This document shows positions 53,376 through 62,210 of a DNA stretch of 64,000 nucleotides, piece after piece. Position 1 is the first letter of the stretch, and every line of letters begins with the position of its first letter. Under the pieces are notes generated by a model. The model saw only the letters and a list, made by a program, of their open reading frames with translations. It made no database searches and was not told the DNA's origin. The position numbers were made by a program, and so were the translations under genes. This stretch comes from a virus (taxonomy: Duplodnaviria; Heunggongvirae; Uroviricota; Caudoviricetes), in IMG/VR virus record IMGVR_UViG_3300042890_002891, positions 1-64,000 of that record; one strand, 5' to 3'.

Positions 53376-54853
53376 ATATACTAGGAGTCTCGGCAGGGTT
53401 TCATGACGCTGCTGCCACAGTGCTGAGTTCACAAGGTGACGTGTTGTTTGCTGGACACAGCGAACGCTACAGCAAACGCAAGAATGATGCCGACTTCTGT
53501 CCAGGGCTCTTGGATGATATCTTGCCGTATGCACCTGCGCATGTGGCCTATTATGAACGTCCCTGGGCCAAGCAACTGCGTCAACTTTATGCTGGACAAG
53601 GCATTGACTGGAACAAACTCACAGTAGGGCAAATACTCAAGTCTCAGCTGGGCGACAGTATTGAACCAGAGCGAGTATCTAGTCACAGTCATCACCTGAG
53701 CCATGCGGCTTCAGGATTTCAAACCAGCCCGTTTGATCGTGCCACAGTCGTGGTAATAGATGCAGTGGGCGAATGGGAAACAGTTACTATATGGGGCGCA
53801 GAATATGATTCAACGGGTCGTGCAATTTATAAAAAACTGTGGCAACAAAATTACCCACATTCCATCGGACTCTTTTATAGTGCAGTCACTGGCCGCGTTG
53901 GCCTACACCCACTAGACGAAGAATACATACTAATGGGCATGGCTGCTTATGGCAATCCGGGCATCAGCGAACTCATGAGAATGAATCTGGTGCAGGATGA
54001 ATGGGAAATTAGATTCAAAGAAAATCTACACACAGGACTAGATCCCAAGTATCTGGAACATTTTAGTGACGCAGATCTGGCAGCAGGGGCACAGGATCTA
54101 GCGGAAGACTTGATTCTAAACGTCATGATGCGAGCTCGAAACTTCAAGTTCAGCAGCAATCTAGTTTATCAAGGCGGGGTTGCACTCAATTGCAGTGCCA
54201 ACAGACGAATAGGAAATTATTTTGAAAACATTTGGATTATGCCTTGCCCTGGTGATGCTGGCTCTAGCCTGGGAGCCGCTGCGTTGGCTTATGGTCAGCG
54301 GGTTAATTGGACTAGTGCTTTTCTTGGCCATGATATCCCCGGTGCTTATCCTGTTAATCTTCTACTTGATAATCTTGTTACCACTGGCATTGTTGGCGTG
54401 GCCTCAGGTCGTGCAGAGTTTGGACCTAGAGCCCTTGGACATAGAAGCCTGCTTGCAGACCCCAGAGGACCAGACATAAAAGATCGTGTGAATGAAATCA
54501 AACGACGTCAACAGTTCCGACCATTTGCTCCTGTGATACTGGAAGAACTGGCTGATCAGTACTTTATCATGCCTCGTGGTTGGGAACACAGTCCTTACAT
54601 GCAGTCAGTGAGTCATTGTCGCAGTCCTGAACTGTATCCTGCTATTGTGCATCATGATGGCACCAGCAGAGTACAAACTGTATCAAAAGATTCGCCATCG
54701 GGCATTAGAGAACTCTTGGAAAAATGGTATGTCATGACCGGCTGTCCCATGCTGCTGAACACCAGCCTGAACATACGCGGTGAACCCATGGTCAACGATC
54801 GCGCGGACGCAGATCGATTCGAAGCCTTGTACGGTGTTACTGTGTGTAGCTAA
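53372..54853 (+). CDS. O-carbamoyltransferase (CmcH/NodU/TobZ family)
   Basis: FHDAAA, ERYSKRKND, HHLSHAA, GGVALNC, GDAG, EFGPRALGHRS, RPFAP, LNTSLN..GEP. Confidence 0.95.
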   Translation: MNILGVSAGFHDAAATVLSSQGDVLFAGHSERYSKRKNDADFCPGLLDDILPYAPAHVAYYERPWAKQLRQLYAGQGIDWNKLTVGQILKSQLGDSIEPERVSSHSHHLSHAASGFQTSPFDRATVVVIDAVGEWETVTIWGAEYDSTGRAIYKKLWQQNYPHSIGLFYSAVTGRVGLHPLDEEYILMGMAAYGNPGISELMRMNLVQDEWEIRFKENLHTGLDPKYLEHFSDADLAAGAQDLAEDLILNVMMRARNFKFSSNLVYQGGVALNCSANRRIGNYFENIWIMPCPGDAGSSLGAAALAYGQRVNWTSAFLGHDIPGAYPVNLLLDNLVTTGIVGVASGRAEFGPRALGHRSLLADPRGPDIKDRVNEIKRRQQFRPFAPVILEELADQYFIMPRGWEHSPYMQSVSHCRSPELYPAIVHHDGTSRVQTVSKDSPSGIRELLEKWYVMTGCPMLLNTSLNIRGEPMVNDRADADRFEALYGVTVCS

Positions 54854-56009
54854 GACGGTCAATCAAGCGAGCTAGACTGGGCCTGGAACGCTGTATAAAC
54901 AATTGTTGGTTGTGTATCAAATCGGGCATGCATTTCAAATACCATTGATGCAGGTCCTGCTGTTTGATCTGCTGCAAAGTTTGTTTTACAGCAAACCAAC
55001 GTTGAGTATTATCTACTATGCTATCGTAACTGTTGTCAATCACTGAATCAAATGTACGATATCCTGCAGAACGCAAGGCCGCCAAACTGCCCACGGGTCC
55101 TGCTATCACAAATGGTTGTCCAAACTTCATGCACTTGTAGGTTTTTTCAGTGATAAAAGCACCACCGCTTTGATCCACATCAAACAAGGTTTCGATTGAG
55201 ATGTGGCAATAGCTGTTAAGATAAAGATCAGTATTGATCATTCTGTGATCGTTGTGTGCATCTGAATCAGGACCGTCACAGTAGTATGGACCATTTGCCA
55301 GGAACAACTGTAGTTTTTTGACCCAGTCCGAGTCAGACTTTATGCTAATAGGGTTGTTGTCCTCCAGATCATCTATAGTGCAATCAGTATTGTAACTCCA
55401 CAGGCTGTTGTTTAGAATACCATCGGCATGCAGATCACTCATGATGCTGCCGCGCCACCATTTGTGTATGCGATTCAGTGCAGTAAAGTCATACTGTCTA
55501 GGAAGATCAGTTACAGGAGTGTAACCTTGACGACGATTAACATAACTCAAAAAGTATTCGTGATCTGGAAAGTAATGGCATCTAGCCACAGAATTGGCCA
55601 CAGTATTGGCACTCACAAACAAATAACAATCCACAGGCAGCTGATGTTGCACACACAAACTATCCAGACGTTCTCGTATGCGATCAGGATTGTCCCCTTC
55701 GTGATAGTAGAACAATACTTTTATTTCTTTCAGCTGCAATTTAGCAATAGTGTTGAGTTTCATTAGTCCAAAATAATCACAATCAAAATCGTGCCAGCCC
55801 AGCGCAACCGGATACCAACTACCTGCGGGTGCTTGATCCACTGTGCTGCTGGTCCAAACGGCCCCTGCATGTTTGAGATATACTAGCAGTCTGAATGCAA
55901 TTGTTCTGGGCCAGGTGTTGTCAAAGTCGTCTGGCCCTAGACCTAGATCAGCAAGATTAGGATATCCTAATTCAGGATCACTCATGGTGTCGTAGCAAAA
56001 ATTTATCAT
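54837..56009 (-). CDS. GT10-like putative glycosyltransferase (copy 4)
   Basis: ALNRIHKWWR; ISIET..FITEKTYK..QPF..GYRTF..DNSYD. Confidence 0.5.
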   Translation of the reverse strand: MINFCYDTMSDPELGYPNLADLGLGPDDFDNTWPRTIAFRLLVYLKHAGAVWTSSTVDQAPAGSWYPVALGWHDFDCDYFGLMKLNTIAKLQLKEIKVLFYYHEGDNPDRIRERLDSLCVQHQLPVDCYLFVSANTVANSVARCHYFPDHEYFLSYVNRRQGYTPVTDLPRQYDFTALNRIHKWWRGSIMSDLHADGILNNSLWSYNTDCTIDDLEDNNPISIKSDSDWVKKLQLFLANGPYYCDGPDSDAHNDHRMINTDLYLNSYCHISIETLFDVDQSGGAFITEKTYKCMKFGQPFVIAGPVGSLAALRSAGYRTFDSVIDNSYDSIVDNTQRWFAVKQTLQQIKQQDLHQWYLKCMPDLIHNQQLFIQRSRPSLARLIDRLSYTQ

Positions 56010-57154
56010 GTATCTATCTGTGCCAGCATGTTGTTTAGTTCAGTCCACAATACTGCTTCAAAACCACCCTTGTAGAAATGATTCCAGTTGTGTTCTATTA
56101 CTTCTTGAGCTGCATCAAACAACTGTTGCTTGGCTTTGGTAGACAGCACGTCTAGACTCTTTAGCAGTTCAGCAATGCGAGTAATACGCAAATCGTCCTC
56201 GGCCAAATCATAACTCTCGTCCCAGATGTTGCCAAAGGTTCGGAAACCGTAACTGCGCAGGTATTCGAGACTACCACGTGTGCCCACAACAACAAATGGC
56301 ATACCTAGAGCAATGGGCTTGAATGTCTTTTCAGTCAAATGATGTCTACGTCCTGTAGCCACAGTTTCAGTCACAAGATATAGTAGGCTTTCGGCTGCCT
56401 CATCAAACAAGCTGAGCCAACAGCTATGCATGGGATGGTCGGTTTCATTCACAAAGTTGATGGGCAAGGTCTGTGCCGCAAATACAGATTCAATGTCAGG
56501 ATATTTTGCTGCCAAGGGCTTGATGGCATGGTGTATGCTGATGTTTTCTGCAGGGCATGTGTCGGGACAACTGATATGATTGTGCGTCATATCATGCTTG
56601 AATATGTGATACAGTATTTCTAATCTATGTTGCCGTTCGCCAGCCACAATACGATTAGGGGCAATAAATGTTCGGGTTATAGTGCGTTCTTGTATTGGCT
56701 GTATCAAAAAGGTCTTGTCATATCCGCGATACCAGTCCAGTGCTGCCCAGCCATGAAAGAAATAGTAAGCAGGTTTCCACTTGAAATGAGCACACACATA
56801 TTCAACATTTTCGCTATCATGTTCACTGGTCAACAGGTATCCAGGAATTTCACCATTTGCACGTGGTATCTTGCTCCAGGCGCCAGTGACTCTATTAAGA
56901 TATATGTTGGAGTGTATATCTGCATTGAGAGTTATAACTTTCTCAAAAGTCTCCATGTGTATGCTCAAATGAATAGGCTCTTGGTCATAAATGAATATAT
57001 AATTGTGTTCGTGAGCAGTATCACTACCGTAACTAACTACACTGTCTGGATCACTGCGCCCAAACGGATCGCAATGAAACACTCTGTAACCTGGACGATT
57101 CCGTTGAAACCAAGGCCAAAAAGTGTTGTTGTAAATTTCATCTATTCTGATCAT
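56006..57154 (-). CDS. GT10-like putative glycosyltransferase (copy 5)
   Basis: PNR..HR; LVTET..LTEKTFKP..MPF..GFRTF..DESYD; start taken at ATG 57154 (MIRIDEIY). Confidence 0.5.
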   Translation of the reverse strand: MIRIDEIYNNTFWPWFQRNRPGYRVFHCDPFGRSDPDSVVSYGSDTAHEHNYIFIYDQEPIHLSIHMETFEKVITLNADIHSNIYLNRVTGAWSKIPRANGEIPGYLLTSEHDSENVEYVCAHFKWKPAYYFFHGWAALDWYRGYDKTFLIQPIQERTITRTFIAPNRIVAGERQHRLEILYHIFKHDMTHNHISCPDTCPAENISIHHAIKPLAAKYPDIESVFAAQTLPINFVNETDHPMHSCWLSLFDEAAESLLYLVTETVATGRRHHLTEKTFKPIALGMPFVVVGTRGSLEYLRSYGFRTFGNIWDESYDLAEDDLRITRIAELLKSLDVLSTKAKQQLFDAAQEVIEHNWNHFYKGGFEAVLWTELNNMLAQIDT

Positions 57155-57156
57155 TA

Positions 57157-58968
57157 ATGTTCGACGTATTTTATATTGGAAATAAACCCAACCTGTTTGT
57201 GCATGAGTGTGAGGTTGAATCAATTGAACAAGCACAGCAACAGAGTCGCACTGGATATTTCTGGATGGTATCATACTTAGTGGATTACACAGGGTTCAAT
57301 TTCCTTTGGAAACCAGCACCTTGGCAAGGTCATCAGTGTCATGCTTGGCCCAGCCAATGGCAAAAAGATTCAGGTACATATCTAGCGCCCAAGTCAGGCT
57401 ATTTTGAAATCAACTACAGAAAAGACCAAGTGCTGACGCGGTTACAGGACCGGAGCAACTGGGTCATTCCTGACAATTTTGATGCAGATAGTTTTGACTT
57501 CTCCTGGCATCCTGACACAACAGAACCTGATTATGTATATCAATTTGGCACACAGCATCAACGCACAGGCGGTCCAAAATATTGTGTGGCAGGTGCCATA
57601 GATCTGAAGTTTTGCGATCAAGTCAGAGGAAGTGTCAAGTCTGGCACAACACCCATAATTGAAATAAATCACCTGGACGGCAATGCTGGACAAGTTCCAG
57701 GAGTTGTATCCACTGTTCGTTACTTTGACAACTACAAAGATACACTTGCTAGAATTGCCAACACTTGTGAACACGAGTATGTGTGGATTGTCAGTAGTAT
57801 CTGCGACTACAGTAATTTTGACTTCTCCTGGCATCCTGAGCTATGGCAAAACACCATGCTGCATGTGTTTGCTAGCGACGAGCAAAAGTTTGGCGACACA
57901 TTCTATATGCATGTGCCCAGCTTCCAAAAGCGTATAGATCAATTTGCATTGCTTGATTGGTATGATCTAAACTTTGTTAGTACTGGCGTTCCACGTAGAC
58001 CCATGCCCATAGTACAGCACGATCAAGACAGTCATGCAGATGTGATTCGGACTCGAAACTTTGCCGGTCCACTAGCAGTATTCACACAGTCTGCCTACAT
58101 GAGCGCAAACTTGGTCACTGTGTCATTGTGGAGAGAACAAACCAAGACTATAGTTCCGTTGAATCCCGGTGCATCTAGTGTGATTGTGCCTCGAACAGCC
58201 GTGCCTTATATCAAGACACAGCTATACGATTACCCTTATGTGGACAAGACGCATCGTGTGCTACTGGATCCGCGCCAGGACATTGTGTTCATCTCCAACG
58301 GTGAAACCAACGCTGAAGATAATTGGACAATTCTAGAAAGCAGAATCATAGGACTAGAGACAAATAAACTACACAGAGTCGATCGTGTGAATGGTCGTGC
58401 AGCAGCATATCATGCAGCAGCCCAGGCCAGTACTACGCCGTGGTTCTTTGCTGTGTTTGGTAAGTTAGCAATTGATCTTGACTTTGACTGGGCATGGCAA
58501 CCTGATCGCATGCAACAAGCCAAACACTATATCTTTCATGCTCGGAATCCGGTCAATGGCCTAATATACGGACATCAGGCCATGATCGCATACAACAAAC
58601 AATTGGTACTAGACAATCCAGGAGTGGGACTAGACTTCACGCTGGACTCACCACATGAAGTAGTGCCCATCTTGAGTGGAGTGGCATACTACGATACTAG
58701 TGCCTGGAGTACATGGCGCACAGCATTCAGAGAAGTTCTAAAACTTCAAGCCAGCTTGCCAGATGTGGAAAATGAATACCGTCTAAACAAATGGCTTGAT
58801 ATCAACAGTGACGAAACAGATCCGCAGTGGAGCCGACTTGGTGCAGAAGATGCTGTAGAATATTACAATCAAGTCAACGGTGACTTTGCAGCTCTTAAGA
58901 AAAGCTACGAGTGGGAGTGGCTTGCAAGTTATGCGTTTGTCAAACGCAGCCTATTACCGAGTCAATGA
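57157..58968 (+). CDS. Multi-module GT-A-like protein
   Basis: Four F(D/N)(F/W)xWxP modules; C-terminal module parallels 39513-40439 (RVDRVNGRAAAYHAAA, NPVNGLIYG, WRTAFRE). Confidence 0.6.
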   Translation: MFDVFYIGNKPNLFVHECEVESIEQAQQQSRTGYFWMVSYLVDYTGFNFLWKPAPWQGHQCHAWPSQWQKDSGTYLAPKSGYFEINYRKDQVLTRLQDRSNWVIPDNFDADSFDFSWHPDTTEPDYVYQFGTQHQRTGGPKYCVAGAIDLKFCDQVRGSVKSGTTPIIEINHLDGNAGQVPGVVSTVRYFDNYKDTLARIANTCEHEYVWIVSSICDYSNFDFSWHPELWQNTMLHVFASDEQKFGDTFYMHVPSFQKRIDQFALLDWYDLNFVSTGVPRRPMPIVQHDQDSHADVIRTRNFAGPLAVFTQSAYMSANLVTVSLWREQTKTIVPLNPGASSVIVPRTAVPYIKTQLYDYPYVDKTHRVLLDPRQDIVFISNGETNAEDNWTILESRIIGLETNKLHRVDRVNGRAAAYHAAAQASTTPWFFAVFGKLAIDLDFDWAWQPDRMQQAKHYIFHARNPVNGLIYGHQAMIAYNKQLVLDNPGVGLDFTLDSPHEVVPILSGVAYYDTSAWSTWRTAFREVLKLQASLPDVENEYRLNKWLDINSDETDPQWSRLGAEDAVEYYNQVNGDFAALKKSYEWEWLASYAFVKRSLLPSQ

Positions 58969-60010
58969 TGTATTCTGCTTCTGAGTCAGTGAGCTCAGGA
59001 TAGATTGGCAGACTCAAACAGCGTCGGCTTAGAGAATAGCAGGCACCCAATATATCAGGAGCAGCACAATCTTGATATGGATTCAAGGCCTGGATAGGAT
59101 CTAGATAATGTACTTTGGTTTCAATGCCAAGATCAGTTAGCGCCTGATGTAGCTGATCTCTATGATCAACATCAATTACAAATTTGTGATAGCAATGCTC
59201 TCGATAGTTTGTGGCGTCAATCAGTGAACGAATTCCGGCTTGACTCAGTTGCTCCATCCAGTGTCGCGCAATCTCTCCCCTGCGGGTTTGCCATGCATCT
59301 ATGTAACGAGTCTTGACCATCATCTGCGCACAGTCAACTTCACTCATTCGCGAGTTTGTGCCAGTCTGCGCACTGCCACTAATGCGATATGATCGATTTC
59401 TAATCCAGTTTCTAGCAAAGAGATCCAACAGGATGCTATCAGTAATTACTGCTCCGCCGTTGCCGTAGTTGTTGAAGTTCTTGGTAGGATCAAAACTGAT
59501 AGCAGCCGCAAACCCCCTGCGTTCACAGTTGCGACTCAACCAATGTTGTGCAGCATCTTCAACCCAGGTTCTAGAGTATCCTTCAGACGCATAACTGGAA
59601 TCCAGGGCGTGGCCATACAAGCCAACAGGGCAAATCACAGTGGCGTCTTTGTGAACAGTTGCCAAATCCATTAGTCCATATGCATTGGTATCTGCCACGG
59701 TCACAGTCCAACCTGCTCGTCGCCACGCATTGGCAGTGGCCACATAGGTCATTGCAGGAACTGATACTATCGCATCATCTAGATCATGGAGATAACTAGC
59801 AATGATTTCCAGGGCCTGTGTGCCTGAATGACATGTGATTGCATACAGGCTGTGATTCTTTTTGGCCAGCCAGGATTCAAATTGTTCGGTATATTCACCG
59901 CTCATGAGAGATCCTGAACGCAACACAGTGTCTGTTGCATCCAGAATTTCTGTGCGTAGATTGTTATACTGTTTTGGTATTCCAGTAAACGGAATTTTTA
60001 AGCCATTCAT
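58940..60010 (-). CDS. DegT/DnrJ/EryC1/StrS PLP-dependent sugar aminotransferase
   Basis: SGTQAL, EDAAQ, SFDPTKN (PLP lysine), GTNSRM, LSLPIYP. Confidence 0.9.
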   Translation of the reverse strand: MNGLKIPFTGIPKQYNNLRTEILDATDTVLRSGSLMSGEYTEQFESWLAKKNHSLYAITCHSGTQALEIIASYLHDLDDAIVSVPAMTYVATANAWRRAGWTVTVADTNAYGLMDLATVHKDATVICPVGLYGHALDSSYASEGYSRTWVEDAAQHWLSRNCERRGFAAAISFDPTKNFNNYGNGGAVITDSILLDLFARNWIRNRSYRISGSAQTGTNSRMSEVDCAQMMVKTRYIDAWQTRRGEIARHWMEQLSQAGIRSLIDATNYREHCYHKFVIDVDHRDQLHQALTDLGIETKVHYLDPIQALNPYQDCAAPDILGACYSLSRRCLSLPIYPELTDSEAEYIIDSVIGCV

Positions 60011-60932
60011 AATACTTTTCAAAGCCCTCTTCTACATCTACTTGGGGATCAAATCCAAAGTCTCTACGTGCAGCATCAATGTTCAGCGCACCGCGACTGG
60101 GAAAGTCTGTGTCCTTGTCTCGGACCACAATAGAGCCCGAGCCTGCAAGTTTGACTGCCAAGTTAGCAGCGTCCCATAATGTTCTACTGTGACTCTTGGT
60201 GATGTTATAGGTTTTGTTATCAGTGTTGTGGCTCAATGCAGCAGCCACAATACCATCAGCAGCATCTTCCACATAGGTAAAGTCCAGGGTTTCGTTTTTG
60301 CCATTCACATTCAATACACCGCCGCGCATGGCAGCCAGCATGAATTTTGCAATGACTCTATCTTCCACATCCAAGGGCCCGTACACAGCACTGGGACGAA
60401 TGATAGTGTGTGCAATATTGTCTCTGCGTGTGTAGTCTCGTACCAGCCATTCACCTGCCAGTTTCATAATGCCATACTGCCCTTGCGGAGCACATACTGC
60501 ATCTTCTGTTACATCATCCACAAAGTCTCCGTACACCATGGAACTGCTGATATACACAAATTTGCGTGTATCGTAGTTCCGGCTGGCTTCCAACAAGTTT
60601 AGCAAGCCTTCGCTCATCACACGACTGCCCTTTGCAGGGTTGGCATTGACCACTTTCTGTCGCGGAAAGCTGGCCATGTGAATCACAATCTCCGGCTGTT
60701 CAATCTTGAACACCTTGTTCACAGCATAGCTGTCACAAATGTCATACTTGTAGTATCTACTCAAGTTGATTTTCTTGATACGTTCTTCAACCAGATAATC
60801 TATTTCAGGCTGAGGAATAATTCCGTAGTTGGTTTGTGTGTCCATGATAGACACCACATGCCCTTGATCTTGCAGTCGTTGAACCACATTGTGCCCAATA
60901 AGACCAAGTCCGCCTGTTACTAGTATATTCAT
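59964..60932 (-). CDS. NAD-dependent NDP-sugar epimerase/dehydratase
   Basis: MNILVTGGLGLIG, SSSMVYG, YGIMK, DFTYVED; start at ATG 60932. Confidence 0.92.
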   Translation of the reverse strand: MNILVTGGLGLIGHNVVQRLQDQGHVVSIMDTQTNYGIIPQPEIDYLVEERIKKINLSRYYKYDICDSYAVNKVFKIEQPEIVIHMASFPRQKVVNANPAKGSRVMSEGLLNLLEASRNYDTRKFVYISSSMVYGDFVDDVTEDAVCAPQGQYGIMKLAGEWLVRDYTRRDNIAHTIIRPSAVYGPLDVEDRVIAKFMLAAMRGGVLNVNGKNETLDFTYVEDAADGIVAAALSHNTDNKTYNITKSHSRTLWDAANLAVKLAGSGSIVVRDKDTDFPSRGALNIDAARRDFGFDPQVDVEEGFEKYYEWLKNSVYWNTKTV

Positions 60933-61201
60933 TTTCCTGTCCATTTCAATTGAAACATCATGTAAACTTTTTCGTCCATCAACCCATGCATACTGCTGGC
61001 ATAATCCCAATATCGACCAGGTTGTACTATACCCGGTGCTCCATATGTTTTTTGTAACCAACTCTCTTGATCTCGAGAGAGTTTTTCAAAAGTTCGATAC
61101 ACCATTATTGGTACAAATTTAGTGCCATCCCACATCTGCTTTCGAACAGGTGGACGAGATGTGGCCACAACATCTAGATATTCGATGTATTCACTGTTCA
61201 T
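60929..61201 (-). CDS. Hypothetical protein
   Basis: ATGA-type overlaps on both sides; start at ATG 61201. Confidence 0.6.
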   Translation of the reverse strand: MNSEYIEYLDVVATSRPPVRKQMWDGTKFVPIMVYRTFEKLSRDQESWLQKTYGAPGIVQPGRYWDYASSMHGLMDEKVYMMFQLKWTGK

Positions 61202-61518
61202 GTGTACTTGAGTTTGAAAAACGTTTGATCGGGCTCGCTGAGTCTGGCTATGATACTGAATCGATATGAATAGTTGCTGATATCCAAGTGTTGAGTCCAC
61301 CAAGGAGTTTCTACAGCATGAGCTATTACCCAGGCACCTGCTTCGCTGTGTTCCCAGTCTGTCAAAGGACCAGCTGCGTGTATCGCAGGATCTTCAATTT
61401 CAGACACACAAAAAGAATGCACAACCAGGTCCGAAAACGCCACAGATTGATCATTGATAAGTCTAAACTCTCGAGGCTTCCAGTGTGATCGGTCAGTTGG
61501 TGCAGCAGTTATGGCCAT
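61198..61518 (-). CDS. Hypothetical protein
   Basis: 106-aa ORF directly after the putative promoter. Confidence 0.65.
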   Translation of the reverse strand: MAITAAPTDRSHWKPREFRLINDQSVAFSDLVVHSFCVSEIEDPAIHAAGPLTDWEHSEAGAWVIAHAVETPWWTQHLDISNYSYRFSIIARLSEPDQTFFKLKYT

Positions 61519-61523
61519 GTGTT

Positions 61524-61552
61524 AGTGTAACACATGATTGGTCACTTTGCAA
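61524..61552 (-). promoter_or_regulatory. sigma70-like promoter (leaderless) facing into the island
   Basis: Minus strand TTGCAA-N17-TACACT with a TGn extension, ending 5 nt before the ATG at 61518. Confidence 0.55.
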
Positions 61553-62210
61553 CTAGATCGGCAGCCATTGGAAAGATTGCTGCAATGGCTTGAGCACAGG
61601 CTAACGCAACAATTTGATGCTCTTTCTGGGTACCATTGGCACTCCTGAGTTCAATAAAATGAATCCAGGATCGCAAGGTACCATTCATGTACAGTCTACT
61701 CACAGTGTTGCCTTCAGGCAAGATGGCTCGGGCCTGTTCCTTGGCAATACCAAGTTCAATAGCTCGAGCATAATGCTTGCGAACCAGATCAATAACTTCT
61801 TGCTGTGCGCTGTCCCACCATAGTGCAAGATCAGCGTTGTCAGTTTCTATACTGTTTTGTCTATTCTTGGTGTCCTGGAGTCGGGCTTCTCTAAGTACAA
61901 AGTCAAGATCCTTTGTTGGGTCAGCGTAGCGTTGGCTGAACTCCTGGAACGCAAAGCTACGGTGTCTAAGGATTTGCCTTGCAATATCTCTTGTTGTTGT
62001 AATTTCCACGCAAGCTGAAACCATTTCAAGTGGACTCCAGTGAGCATGCTTAACCAGGTATCGGATGAGTTTTTCTGATGTGTCAGTGTTGAGCTGATTG
62101 GCAGGATTGGACACACGGGCGCAATACGCAATGAGTTCTTGTGCATTGTCGATTCCTGACTCTGCAAACTCCTTCGTGGGCTGACTGTAGCTGAGTAGTC
62201 GAACATTCAT
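61542..62210 (-). CDS. thyX: FAD-dependent thymidylate synthase
   Basis: HWSPLE, RHRSFAFQEFSQRY ThyX signature, EQARAILP, TQKEH. Confidence 0.96.
   Translation of the reverse strand: MNVRLLSYSQPTKEFAESGIDNAQELIAYCARVSNPANQLNTDTSEKLIRYLVKHAHWSPLEMVSACVEITTTRDIARQILRHRSFAFQEFSQRYADPTKDLDFVLREARLQDTKNRQNSIETDNADLALWWDSAQQEVIDLVRKHYARAIELGIAKEQARAILPEGNTVSRLYMNGTLRSWIHFIELRSANGTQKEHQIVALACAQAIAAIFPMAADLVAK

Noticed and set aside
56006-57274. Longer N-terminus given by the ORF track
   Set aside because: It would overlap the divergent gene by about 120 nt and uses a non-ATG start; ATG 57154 is more plausible
37324-61518. RiPP cluster (radical SAM/SPASM plus precursor peptide)
   Set aside because: No RRE/PqqD domain, peptidase, transporter or convincing precursor seen; neighbours are sugar enzymes; the 33-aa ORF fits a carbamoyltransferase partner better
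37324-61518. Known DNA hypermodification pathway (hmC glucosylation, 7-deazaguanine, dZ)
   Set aside because: No dCMP hydroxymethylase, TET/JBP, Que/Dpd or PurZ genes recognised in this window; a DNA target is not excluded because such genes may lie elsewhere
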